Positions 8,678 to 16,170 of a stretch of DNA of 48,214 bases are shown in pieces (the stretch's first letter is position 1; the number at the start of each line of letters is the position of its first letter). Source of the stretch: a virus; IMG/VR virus record IMGVR_UViG_3300006131_000280. One strand, 5' to 3'. A model generated the notes under the pieces. That model worked only from the letters and a program-made list of their open reading frames with translations. It was not told the origin of the DNA and ran no database searches. Both the position numbers and the translations under genes were made by a program.

Positions 8678-8707
8678 ATTATAACATGCTGAAGTCCGTG
8701 AGCGCAA
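8678..8707 (-). promoter_or_regulatory. Putative promoter of the methyltransferase/GHKL operon
   Basis: On the minus strand: TTGCGC, 18-nt spacer, TGtTATAAT (extended -10). Confidence 0.5.
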
Positions 8708-8736
8708 TAAGATTTTCCCCTTATGGAAAATCATGT

Positions 8737-8825
8737 GCACCACACTGCAAATCTACACCCATGCAACGGACAAAATGTCCATGAAAAGTATTGACATTTT
8801 TGAAAGGGCTGTCAACATCTGAAAA
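8737..8825 (+). pseudogene. Integrase 3'-terminal fragment (last 28 codons plus stop), direct repeat copy B
   Basis: Encodes ...[28 protein letters not shown]-stop. Differs from int only by synonymous or conservative changes. No upstream integrase body. Confidence 0.85.
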
Positions 8826-9096
8826 TTCCGTTGACAAAACGTTGACAAAATCCAGTTTCGGGAGGACAAGACCTCCCGAATATCCTTATTTTATGCGGTT
8901 TAGCAGGCATACAGTCTCCACATGCACCGTTTGTAGCTACTTCTATCCAGAACATGTTAATTTATATTATAGCATGTCATATTATGTTTGTAAAATAAGC
9001 ATTCTTTAGGTACATGAAATCATTTTCAATTATACCTTTTTATTATTTTATATACTGATTTTTCCCCAATGTCGACAAATCGTTGACATTGACAAC
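8788..9096. promoter_or_regulatory. Putative attP region with repeated GTTGACA-type (arm-site-like) motifs
   Basis: Tandem CGTTGACAAAA at 8829..8839 and 8840..8850. TTGACATTTT near 8791, inverted GTTGACAG near 8809. GTCGACAAA, CGTTGACA and TTGACAAC at 9071..9096. These flank an AT-rich non-coding core downstream of the int end. Confidence 0.45.
8857..8880 (+). terminator. Hairpin after the integrase fragment
   Basis: TTCGGGAGG-acaaga-CCTCCCGAA, 9-bp stem, followed by T-rich sequence. Confidence 0.55.
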
Positions 9097-9274
9097 ATGA
9101 CTATACTGCAAACCGCCGTTACCTGTATTCTCCCCAGGCTTACTCCTGCCTCCAATTCAATTTCTGTTGCATCTTTTAGGAGCAGATAATTCTTGATTAT
9201 ATTGTAGGATATTTTGATGCGGCGGTTATACCCACTTAAAGCAAGAGAGCGGTGGCAAGTCCCGCTCTCTTGTT

Positions 9275-9430
9275 CTAATCCTCTAAATACTGCTGAATGT
9301 GTTCCAATACTCTGTCAATCTTGCTGTTTTTCTTCTCTATATCCTCGCTATCCCTTGCTTCTTTCAAGTCGTCTTTCACGAAGTTCATAAGAAGCTTCAT
9401 TTCTTTTTCGCTGATTGCCATTTCATCCAT
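9275..9430 (-). CDS. Small acidic hypothetical protein (51 aa, below the track cutoff)
   Basis: Hand translation: MDEMAISEKEMKLLMNFVKDDLKEARDSEDIEKKNSKIDRVLEHIQQYLED. GGAGG upstream. Followed by hairpin 9243..9271. Confidence 0.45.
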   Translation of the reverse strand: MDEMAISEKEMKLLMNFVKDDLKEARDSEDIEKKNSKIDRVLEHIQQYLED

Positions 9431-9540
9431 TACCTCCAACATTCTGTATTCTCCTTTCCGTTCATCAGATTTACTTGCCTCATCTGATAATACTATTATA
9501 AACTATATTTGGTTTATTGTCAATACTCTGATTAAACTTT

Positions 9541-9750
9541 TTATGGTTTATTTTCTACATATTTTATTATGTTTCCTGGCTGCATATCTAATAATTCACA
9601 AAGCTGATCTAATGTTTTTATACCTACCATTTCCCCTTTCCTTAATTTCTGCATAGCAGACTGACTAAGTACATTTTCCCTTAATATGCGAGTGCTATTA
9701 TACCCAGACTCTTTCAATGTTTCTATTACATCTATTTTATAAGTCAGCAT
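9541..9750 (-). CDS. XRE/Cro-C1-type HTH regulator (69 aa)
   Basis: MLTYKIDVIETLKESGYNSTRILRENVLSQSAMQKLRKGEMVGIKTLDQLCELLDMQPGNII is a typical small HTH_XRE layout. GGAGG RBS. Confidence 0.7.
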   Translation of the reverse strand: MLTYKIDVIETLKESGYNSTRILRENVLSQSAMQKLRKGEMVGIKTLDQLCELLDMQPGNIIKYVENKP

Positions 9751-9831
9751 GTACGAACCTCCTTTATTTAATTTTAATTTAATATTTAAAAAAAGTCAAG
9801 AAAAATAATCCAAAAAAAGTTTAAAAAGTCC

Positions 9832-9860
9832 TTGGCATTAAACTATTATTAGTTTATAAT
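9832..9860 (+). promoter_or_regulatory. Near-consensus sigmaA-type promoter
   Basis: TTGGCA(9832-9837), 17-nt spacer, TATAAT(9855-9860). Divergent from the HTH gene. Confidence 0.65.
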
Positions 9861-9892
9861 TAGACTTATCAAAGGAACGGAGGATATGGGAA

Positions 9893-10078
9893 ATGCTGAC
9901 TTTGGATGATAGCCAGTTAGAACAGGTTACTCCGGGTATGACGGTGAAGGAGATCCGGGAGATAAAGACATCACCGGCAAAAGAAATTCCGTATTTTGAA
10001 ATCCCGGGCCAAATCATTAAATGTTTTAGGCCAGTAATATACATCCCGTCCCTGCCGGGTAATGCAGGGAGAAAGTGA
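9893..10078 (+). CDS. Hypothetical protein (61 aa)
   Basis: Track ORF. GGAGG lies 9 nt upstream. First gene downstream of promoter 9832..9860. Confidence 0.5.
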   Translation: MLTLDDSQLEQVTPGMTVKEIREIKTSPAKEIPYFEIPGQIIKCFRPVIYIPSLPGNAGRK

Positions 10079-10085
10079 GAAGGGT

Positions 10086-10406
10086 ATGACGAGCGAAGAA
10101 AAATTATTACTTGAACGATATCAAAGCGATTTTGAAAAGAAAGATGGCCATTATGATGGGCGGAATATCTCCCCTGAAGGATTCGCCACAATTTGCAGAA
10201 TGAAAGACAGGACAAATGCCATGCTTGACAGACGCTTGCAAGCAGCCAAGGAGGTTATTGATTTAATTGCGGAGCGTGTTGGGATTAACCCGCAGGACAC
10301 CGGATTTTTCCTATACGCCCCAGATTATGATGATTCGTCTCCACTACTTAGAAAAATTGACGAATATTTCAGCCGAGGCGGTGACAAAGTAAAGATGAAA
10401 AAGTGA
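10086..10406 (+). CDS. Hypothetical protein (106 aa from internal ATG)
   Basis: Track ORF 10062..10406. ATG 10086 follows GAGAAGGG. Confidence 0.55.
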   Translation: MTSEEKLLLERYQSDFEKKDGHYDGRNISPEGFATICRMKDRTNAMLDRRLQAAKEVIDLIAERVGINPQDTGFFLYAPDYDDSSPLLRKIDEYFSRGGDKVKMKK

Positions 10407-10497
10407 ATAGATGAATTAGAGAATGAAAATCAGATATTACGGAAACTTATTGGAAAGTCTTAGTTGGAAAGCGGCGGAGAATGATCTCCGCCACTTT

Positions 10498-11295
10498 TTA
10501 CGCCACATACCATCGCTCCATGCCGCCTTTCCCTTTTGCATTCTCATGCCAGCAGGCGCCCTGGAGCTCTCCGGACTCCTCCAGATAGTACCAGTCTCCC
10601 GCCCCGGTCTTTTCGCCGTCCCACTGGACCCAACCAGTAAGCATATAACCGGATGCGCCAAACAGATACCAATGATGATCAATCAGTCTCCAGCACATCG
10701 CCGGCCAGGTGCCGTCCGCGTTCTGATACCACCAGCCATTGCCGTCCTTGTGCCATCCAGGCTCATACCCCGGTTCTTCTACCAGGCTCCAGTCTGGACG
10801 ACCATATCCGGCAATTCCAGCGTAGGAAAGGGCATAGGATTTTTCGCAGACTCCACCGCCGTTGGCCACCACTCTGGAGGCTCCACTAGTGTTACCTTCG
10901 ATGGTGTATACCCTGCCACCTGCCACGCGGACGACAATGCCGGTATGACAGATCCGGACAGAATTCTTAAAGAAAATCTGATCCCCCGGCTCCGGAGACG
11001 TATACCAACGGCCCTTGTTCTTGTAATACTGGGCAGAGGTGGGCGTGTAGGCGGAAAACCCGCCGCCGATCAGCTGCATGGCTTTCACCCTGCCGAACGC
11101 CTGCACATGGCACCAGTCCACAAACATATCACACCATGGTTGGCCCTGGAGGGACGGATACAGATCACGGGCATATTTGGTGTAGTTGGTGCTGCCGGCA
11201 TTGGCCGTCTTGCTGTCCAGATCCTTGTTGGATGCTTTTTCCAGATAGCCGATCTCAGTTCTGGCAATCTGGATTAACTTTTCTGCTGCTTTCAT
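10498..11295 (-). CDS. Endolysin: N-terminal CHAP-type amidase/peptidase plus C-terminal cell-wall-binding repeats
   Basis: QPWCDMFV (Cys) ... ICHTGIV (His) ... EGN. C-terminal GW/WY-rich repeats (GWHKDGNGWWYQNADGTW and similar). Confidence 0.85.
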   Translation of the reverse strand: MKAAEKLIQIARTEIGYLEKASNKDLDSKTANAGSTNYTKYARDLYPSLQGQPWCDMFVDWCHVQAFGRVKAMQLIGGGFSAYTPTSAQYYKNKGRWYTSPEPGDQIFFKNSVRICHTGIVVRVAGGRVYTIEGNTSGASRVVANGGGVCEKSYALSYAGIAGYGRPDWSLVEEPGYEPGWHKDGNGWWYQNADGTWPAMCWRLIDHHWYLFGASGYMLTGWVQWDGEKTGAGDWYYLEESGELQGACWHENAKGKGGMERWYVA

Positions 11296-11396
11296 AATGC
11301 ATTCCCCTTTCTTGAATTATGGGCGTAAAAGAACGCCCTTCGTTTGAAAGGCGTTCCGATTATCTTAATTATACTATTTTTGCTTTAATTCACCTC

Positions 11397-11425
11397 TTGG
11401 CAATACGTGTGGCACGTGTTATAAT
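11397..11425 (+). promoter_or_regulatory. Promoter of hicAB
   Basis: TTGGCA, 17-nt spacer, TATAAT. The spacer contains the direct repeat ACGTGT-GGC-ACGTGT. Confidence 0.65.
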
Positions 11426-11446
11426 ATATTTGTAAGGAAGTAGAAC

Positions 11447-11623
11447 ATGAAAGACAAAGACCTGCTAAAGCTTTTGAAGCAAAATGGATGGAGCGTAGTC
11501 AGAATCAACGGTAGCCACCATGTTCTTCAAAAAGATGGGAAAACCACAGTTGTTCCCTTACATGGCAAAGATGTTCCTATCGGCTTACTTAATAGTATTC
11601 TCAAGGAGGCAGGGCTGAAATAG
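11447..11623 (+). CDS. hicA: HicA-family mRNA interferase toxin (58 aa, below the track cutoff)
   Basis: Hand translation: MKDKDLLKLLKQNGWSVVRINGSHHVLQKDGKTTVVPLHGKDVPIGLLNSILKEAGLK. This is the classic HicA/YcfA pattern (GSHH...H.GK). Confidence 0.85.
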   Translation: MKDKDLLKLLKQNGWSVVRINGSHHVLQKDGKTTVVPLHGKDVPIGLLNSILKEAGLK

Positions 11624-11657
11624 CCCTCCTCATCTTAAACGATAAGGAGGTATCATT

Positions 11658-12038
11658 ATGTTGTTTGTGTATCCTGCCATCTTCCACAAAGAAGAGGGCT
11701 CCTACTGGGTTGAATTTCCCGATTTGGAAGGCTGCCATACTTATGGCAGTTCTATCAATGAAACTATGGAAGCAGCACAGGAAGCCTTAGCTGCTTATCT
11801 CCTCACCCTTTTAGAACAGGAAAAAGCAATTGCTTCTCCCTCAGATATCTCTTCCATTCATGCAGATGACGGTTTCTCCTCGCTTGTATCTTGCGACATC
11901 AACCAATATAAAGATACAAAAGCTGTGAAAAAGACGCTGACTATACCATCATGGCTGAATGACCGTGCCATTTCTATGGGGATTAATTTTTCCCAAGTCC
12001 TTCAGGATGCATTACTTGCTAAACTCCAGACCCATTGA
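11658..12038 (+). CDS. hicB: HicB-family antitoxin with C-terminal RHH-like DNA-binding tail
   Basis: YPAIFHKEEGSYWVEFPDLEGCHTYGSSINETMEAAQEAL is a typical HicB N-domain. Immediately downstream of hicA with an AGGAGG RBS. Confidence 0.85.
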   Translation: MLFVYPAIFHKEEGSYWVEFPDLEGCHTYGSSINETMEAAQEALAAYLLTLLEQEKAIASPSDISSIHADDGFSSLVSCDINQYKDTKAVKKTLTIPSWLNDRAISMGINFSQVLQDALLAKLQTH

Positions 12039-12044
12039 ACCTGT

Positions 12045-12081
12045 CTGGCCACTTATCAGCACGAAAAGTGGCCAGATTTTT
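12045..12081 (+). terminator. Rho-independent terminator of hicAB
   Basis: CTGGCCACTT-N11-AAGTGGCCAG followed by TTTTT. Confidence 0.7.
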
Positions 12082-12106
12082 ATGTGATACCATTGCGACA
12101 TCGCAA

Positions 12107-12604
12107 CTATTGTTCGTCAGAAATTTCCACGCCGGCGTGAATCAGCTTTTCCGTGACTGCCAGCCCTTTAATCAGGAAATCCGGCACGTTGCATCCGCAC
12201 TCCACCAGATTCTCTAAAATGCTGCGGATCTCATTCACCAGCAACGAAGCCAATGTAAACCAGCCAAGAAGCGTCAGAAATTTCAAATTCACTCCCAGCA
12301 CATCCTGGCCCAAATGGATAAAAAGAGAGGGAATTAAAAAAGCCACCAGGATAATTACCCAGTAGCCCATTTTCTTTAAGATTCCATTCAATCCTGCTCT
12401 GCTGCTCTCCTTTCCGAGCCTTCTCGATTTATACCACCCCGTCATCCAATCCAGGACATTACACAGAAGATATCCAGCAAAGACATACCAGTAAATGCCA
12501 AAAACAGCTGTCATGATAGTCACTGCTGCTCCAACTACTGCATTATAACGATCAATAAAACTTTTTGCCATGTTCAAAACCTCTCTTTTCATTCTTTCAT
12601 CCAT
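12107..12604 (-). CDS. Holin (phage_holin_4 / toxin-secretion holin type)
   Basis: Multiple TM segments. LDWMTGWYKS...GILKKMGYW...NEIRSILENLVECGCNVP matches the family pattern. The start may be internal (MAKSF...). Confidence 0.8.
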   Translation of the reverse strand: MDERMKREVLNMAKSFIDRYNAVVGAAVTIMTAVFGIYWYVFAGYLLCNVLDWMTGWYKSRRLGKESSRAGLNGILKKMGYWVIILVAFLIPSLFIHLGQDVLGVNLKFLTLLGWFTLASLLVNEIRSILENLVECGCNVPDFLIKGLAVTEKLIHAGVEISDEQ

Positions 12605-13230
12605 ATACTCTCTGTTCCATCCGCTCCAGGTTCCCAGACGTTATAATCAACAAGGGATTCCCAGGTCTCATTTTTATGTTTTACTTTATCTCCAGTCATG
12701 TAAGCATTTTCAGAAGAAGGTGATTCCCATTCAGGAATCATATCTGGATCGGGAATAAGGATTTTAGCAAACAGCGACGGAGATAGTTCCGGTATCCAGC
12801 CTTCCTGTGAGGTATGATCCTGTAAAACCTTATAAAGGCAATTTATATACCGCACTCTCTCTCCTGCTTTGTATCTTACCTCTTCAGGCGACCAGCTCTT
12901 GTACAGAGACGGCACCTGTACTGCCTGTTCGTCGGTGAAGTTTTCAGCCAGGAATCCACAGGCAAGGGAAACAGGCGCTACACTGCCTGTGATAAGCTGA
13001 TTGACGCCTTCAGAAAGATCGTCGATCTTCCTGCTGATGTGATCCAGTTCGGTCCCGGGTAATTCCTCAAACCTGGCAGCCGGTTCGCTGCCGGAAAGAT
13101 CAACTCCAAAAACGCTGCACCCCTCCGGGACATCTGTTACAATCCCGTTCAGTCCGACAGGAAGCGTATCTTCTCCGTATGTGACATTCCATATTCTTCC
13201 AGAACTGTCATAGATAATTAATGCATTCAT
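12589..13230 (-). CDS. Tail-fibre-associated protein (XkdW position) with two C-terminal carbohydrate-binding-like repeats
   Basis: Lies between the fibre and the holin. Repeats YKAGERVRYINCLYKVLQDHTSQEGW and YMTGDKVKHKNETWESLVDYNVWEPG. Confidence 0.6.
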   Translation of the reverse strand: MNALIIYDSSGRIWNVTYGEDTLPVGLNGIVTDVPEGCSVFGVDLSGSEPAARFEELPGTELDHISRKIDDLSEGVNQLITGSVAPVSLACGFLAENFTDEQAVQVPSLYKSWSPEEVRYKAGERVRYINCLYKVLQDHTSQEGWIPELSPSLFAKILIPDPDMIPEWESPSSENAYMTGDKVKHKNETWESLVDYNVWEPGADGTESIWMKE

Positions 13231-13242
13231 TTATCATTTCTC

Positions 13243-14892
13243 CTATATAAACTCAAGTTCCTTTATCTTTCCGCCCTTGTATGAAAGCTGGCTTAAACTG
13301 CCGTTCTCTTTGTAACTCCTACTGAAAAAAATGCTAAAAGTAAAGAACGATGGTTTTCCATAACTGCTTACCAGAGAGTTATAAAAACTTTCTCTGTTGG
13401 AAAAATCAACGGTATATGTTCCACTTGCAGTCATACGAAACAAGCTTGCAATACCATGTGCTACGTTGCCAGTCGATTGGAAACCCACATCGAATTCAAA
13501 GTATGCATCGGCATCTCCACGCTCAAAAACAAGCCTTATCTTTTTATATGTATTAAATAAGTCGAGACCAACTGGCTTCGTTGTACGGAATGGGGACACG
13601 TATTCGTTCCCGGATCCACTATAAGTCGCGTTTGTAACACCAAAATATTCGTTAGTAACACTCCCATATACAGTACTGGGATACCATATTAATCCATATG
13701 GATTATGGTCTTTTGCAAAGAACATGCCGGGTTTATGCAGCGTTTTCGCAGACAGATTATGGCTTGTCCCATTGCCAAGATTCGTAGTGTAACTGACACA
13801 GGTAAAGTAGTACGTAGTATTTGCACTCAGCCCGGTTATGTCCACATAGTTATTTCCCCCCGCCTGGCTGGGATTCGTTCCGGCTCCGGTATACTTCCGT
13901 GTTCCGCCGCTCACTCCCGGGGTTCCAGATGTACTTATCTGAATAAAAACACCCTGCCACGGACCCTTTGATGGATTTTTCCAACTGATCCTTATGGAGC
14001 TTGATGAGAGAGCGGCTGCACTAAAAGAAATTGCTGATTGGACTACAAGAGTTCCGGTGATCTTGGTACCATTGACCCAGGCCGTTTTCCCGGACAGAAT
14101 ATTGCCGGCGGCCGCAGTCGCCGAGGTTTGTGATGCCAGGCTGTTTGCTGTCACCTTTCCAGAGCCATTATGATAACCTGCGGGTATGGTATAGGAGCCT
14201 CCGCAGTTTAACGCCGAGGTCTTCGCGCCCTGGTTAGCCATACTTCCTGTGATTTTAGACCCATTTACCCATGCCTGATACCCTGTTAGAATCTGAGCCG
14301 CTGCTGCTGCCGTTTTTCCAGAATCCACTCCGGTCTGACTGGTCAGGCTGTTTGCCGTCACCTTTCCAGAACCGTTATGATATCCGGCCGGTATCGTGTA
14401 ACTGCCTCCGCAGTTTAGCGCCGAGGTTTTTGCGCCTTGGTTCGTCATGGTTCCTGTTCGTTTGGCTCCATCCTTCCAGTATGTCTTTCCAGACAAAACG
14501 TCCCCATCTGCGGCTGTAGCTCCTCCGGTCTGACTGGCCAAGCTGTTTGCTGTCACTTTTCCAGAGCCATTATGATAACCGGCGGGTATGGTATAGGAAC
14601 CTCCCGCATTAAGACCTTCAGGAGATACTGCTCCACGATTTACCATTTCTCCTGTTCGTTTAGTCTTTGCATCCGTACTATAATATGTCTTACCAGCAAG
14701 TACCTGGGAATCTGAAGCAGTTCCTGTCAGCTCCAGTGTCCCTGCAACCGCTTCATCATTACTGTCCGATGTTACTGCGGTCTTTCCCTTTAAAAGATCA
14801 TTGGCTGTCGCTGTCAGCTCATCCGAGGACACGCCGCCTCCTCCCTTTACCGCGATCAAAACATCGCTCACACACTCACCCCCTTCAGACAA
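13243..14892 (-). CDS. Tail fibre protein with internal tandem repeats and an FN3-like domain
   Basis: Three GGSYTIPAGYHNGSGKVTANSL units. FN3-like IRISWKNPSKGPWQGV...TTYYFTCVSY. Confidence 0.8.
   Translation of the reverse strand: MSEGGECVSDVLIAVKGGGGVSSDELTATANDLLKGKTAVTSDSNDEAVAGTLELTGTASDSQVLAGKTYYSTDAKTKRTGEMVNRGAVSPEGLNAGGSYTIPAGYHNGSGKVTANSLASQTGGATAADGDVLSGKTYWKDGAKRTGTMTNQGAKTSALNCGGSYTIPAGYHNGSGKVTANSLTSQTGVDSGKTAAAAAQILTGYQAWVNGSKITGSMANQGAKTSALNCGGSYTIPAGYHNGSGKVTANSLASQTSATAAAGNILSGKTAWVNGTKITGTLVVQSAISFSAAALSSSSIRISWKNPSKGPWQGVFIQISTSGTPGVSGGTRKYTGAGTNPSQAGGNNYVDITGLSANTTYYFTCVSYTTNLGNGTSHNLSAKTLHKPGMFFAKDHNPYGLIWYPSTVYGSVTNEYFGVTNATYSGSGNEYVSPFRTTKPVGLDLFNTYKKIRLVFERGDADAYFEFDVGFQSTGNVAHGIASLFRMTASGTYTVDFSNRESFYNSLVSSYGKPSFFTFSIFFSRSYKENGSLSQLSYKGGKIKELEFI
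14038..14703 (-). repeat. In-frame tandem repeats (about 195-207 nt units, 3 full plus 1 partial) inside the tail fibre gene
   Basis: Protein periodicity of 65 and 69 aa between GGSYTIPAGY motifs. Boundaries are approximate. Confidence 0.7.
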
Positions 14893-15638
14893 ATCCGAAA
14901 TGCCACAGTAGGCTTTTTATGCAAACAGCCCAGAGTCAGCTTTCCGTCTTCTAAAATTTTTGAGTAACTAATCATCGAAGCCATTTTATCCCACATCTTC
15001 GCATCTGCAGCCGTTGTTTCTTCCGACACTGCTGACCAGATCTCTGCTGGATCGCCAACCTTCAATCCAGCAACCGCAATCTCCTGAGTATACGGGGCCG
15101 TTTCCGTCCAAAACGCCGGAACCAAAACTGTTACCGTTCTGCGAAGGGTTCCCAGTTCCTTCCGAACGTCCTGTATCTCCTGTACTGTAATCGTTCCTGC
15201 TGGATTCACTGACACTGCAATGTCCGCCACCTGTGATACTGCCAGCTGGATATTATAAACAAAAGAAGATGGAGCAACGCCATTATAAGCCGGAACCTGA
15301 TCCGGTGTCTCTGCCCCCGATATTGAAAACAAAACCTCTGTATCTCCATCCATTGCGTACAATCCAATATTTTGTGTCAGGTAAGGTATCAGAATATTTT
15401 CATTTCCAAACATCGCACGCACACTGATGAAAGAATCACCTGTAACCCATACATCTGTTGGCAAAACACGTTGCTTCACTCCTTCAAGGACTGCCATTCC
15501 TTCAAAATCTGTCCCATCCGGATAGATATAATCAGAAGTACATACATGGGAAAACTGAATTATCTGTTCCCCTGCAACCGCCCTTGCCAGCATCATTCTT
15601 CCTGCGTTAGTAATGATTGCTTTTCTATAAACACCCAT
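14868..15638 (-). CDS. Tail fibre / tail-collar-type protein (XkdV position)
   Basis: N-terminal ITNAGRMMLARAVAGEQIIQFSHVCTSD resembles the DUF3751 tail-collar fibre N-terminus. Confidence 0.6.
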   Translation of the reverse strand: MGVYRKAIITNAGRMMLARAVAGEQIIQFSHVCTSDYIYPDGTDFEGMAVLEGVKQRVLPTDVWVTGDSFISVRAMFGNENILIPYLTQNIGLYAMDGDTEVLFSISGAETPDQVPAYNGVAPSSFVYNIQLAVSQVADIAVSVNPAGTITVQEIQDVRKELGTLRRTVTVLVPAFWTETAPYTQEIAVAGLKVGDPAEIWSAVSEETTAADAKMWDKMASMISYSKILEDGKLTLGCLHKKPTVAFRICLKGVSV

Positions 15639-15648
15639 ATGCTCTCCT

Positions 15649-16170
15649 TTAAATTGTCTGAATACAAATATTTGAGACGACTCCCCCTATATAAATCCCT
15701 CCGCCAACGTCATTCGTGACCTGATGATTTGCCGTCACCTCCATGTGTGCCGGAACAACATCCCAAATCAGGCTGTACAGCAAATCAACAGCCCCGTATC
15801 GGCTGGATGTAACCAGTACAAAAAGAGTACTGGCAACTGGATCCACTCGGAGCGTATAGTCTGCTCCGAACAAGCCAGTAAGACGGCTGCGGAGAAAACC
15901 AATAGAAAAAGGCGGAATAATGTTAAATTGCTGCAGAATCCGCTGCCTCCGGTATTCCAATGTGTCCCCTAGCTTGTAAGTCAGACCAAACAATTCTTCA
16001 TACGTCTTAATTGTGGCAGCATCCGCAGTCTGGACAAAACAATTTGCCTTTACCAGCCCAATGTTTTTCTCCAGTATATCCACAGCAGCGCCATGCGCCT
16101 TCATGATCTGCTCAAACTCCAAAACAGGCCGGAAATACTCTGGAAGAATGTCCATAAGATTAACTGCCAT
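15649..16170 (-). CDS. Baseplate protein, XkdU / DUF2313 (Mu gp48-like)
   Basis: LPEYFRPVLEFEQIM...YRRQRILQQF pattern. Follows the baseplate J gene. Confidence 0.65.
   Translation of the reverse strand: MAVNLMDILPEYFRPVLEFEQIMKAHGAAVDILEKNIGLVKANCFVQTADAATIKTYEELFGLTYKLGDTLEYRRQRILQQFNIIPPFSIGFLRSRLTGLFGADYTLRVDPVASTLFVLVTSSRYGAVDLLYSLIWDVVPAHMEVTANHQVTNDVGGGIYIGGVVSNICIQTI

Noticed and set aside
10423-11277. Long plus-strand ORF (284 aa) opposite the endolysin. Similar antisense ORFs occur at 33433..34221, 19880..20461, 21489..21956, 27576..28013, 29094..29498 and 39562..40059.
   Set aside because: They lie antisense to well-supported genes in GC-richer DNA. They have low-complexity Pro/Arg/Ser-rich translations and no RBS. 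These are shadow ORFs.
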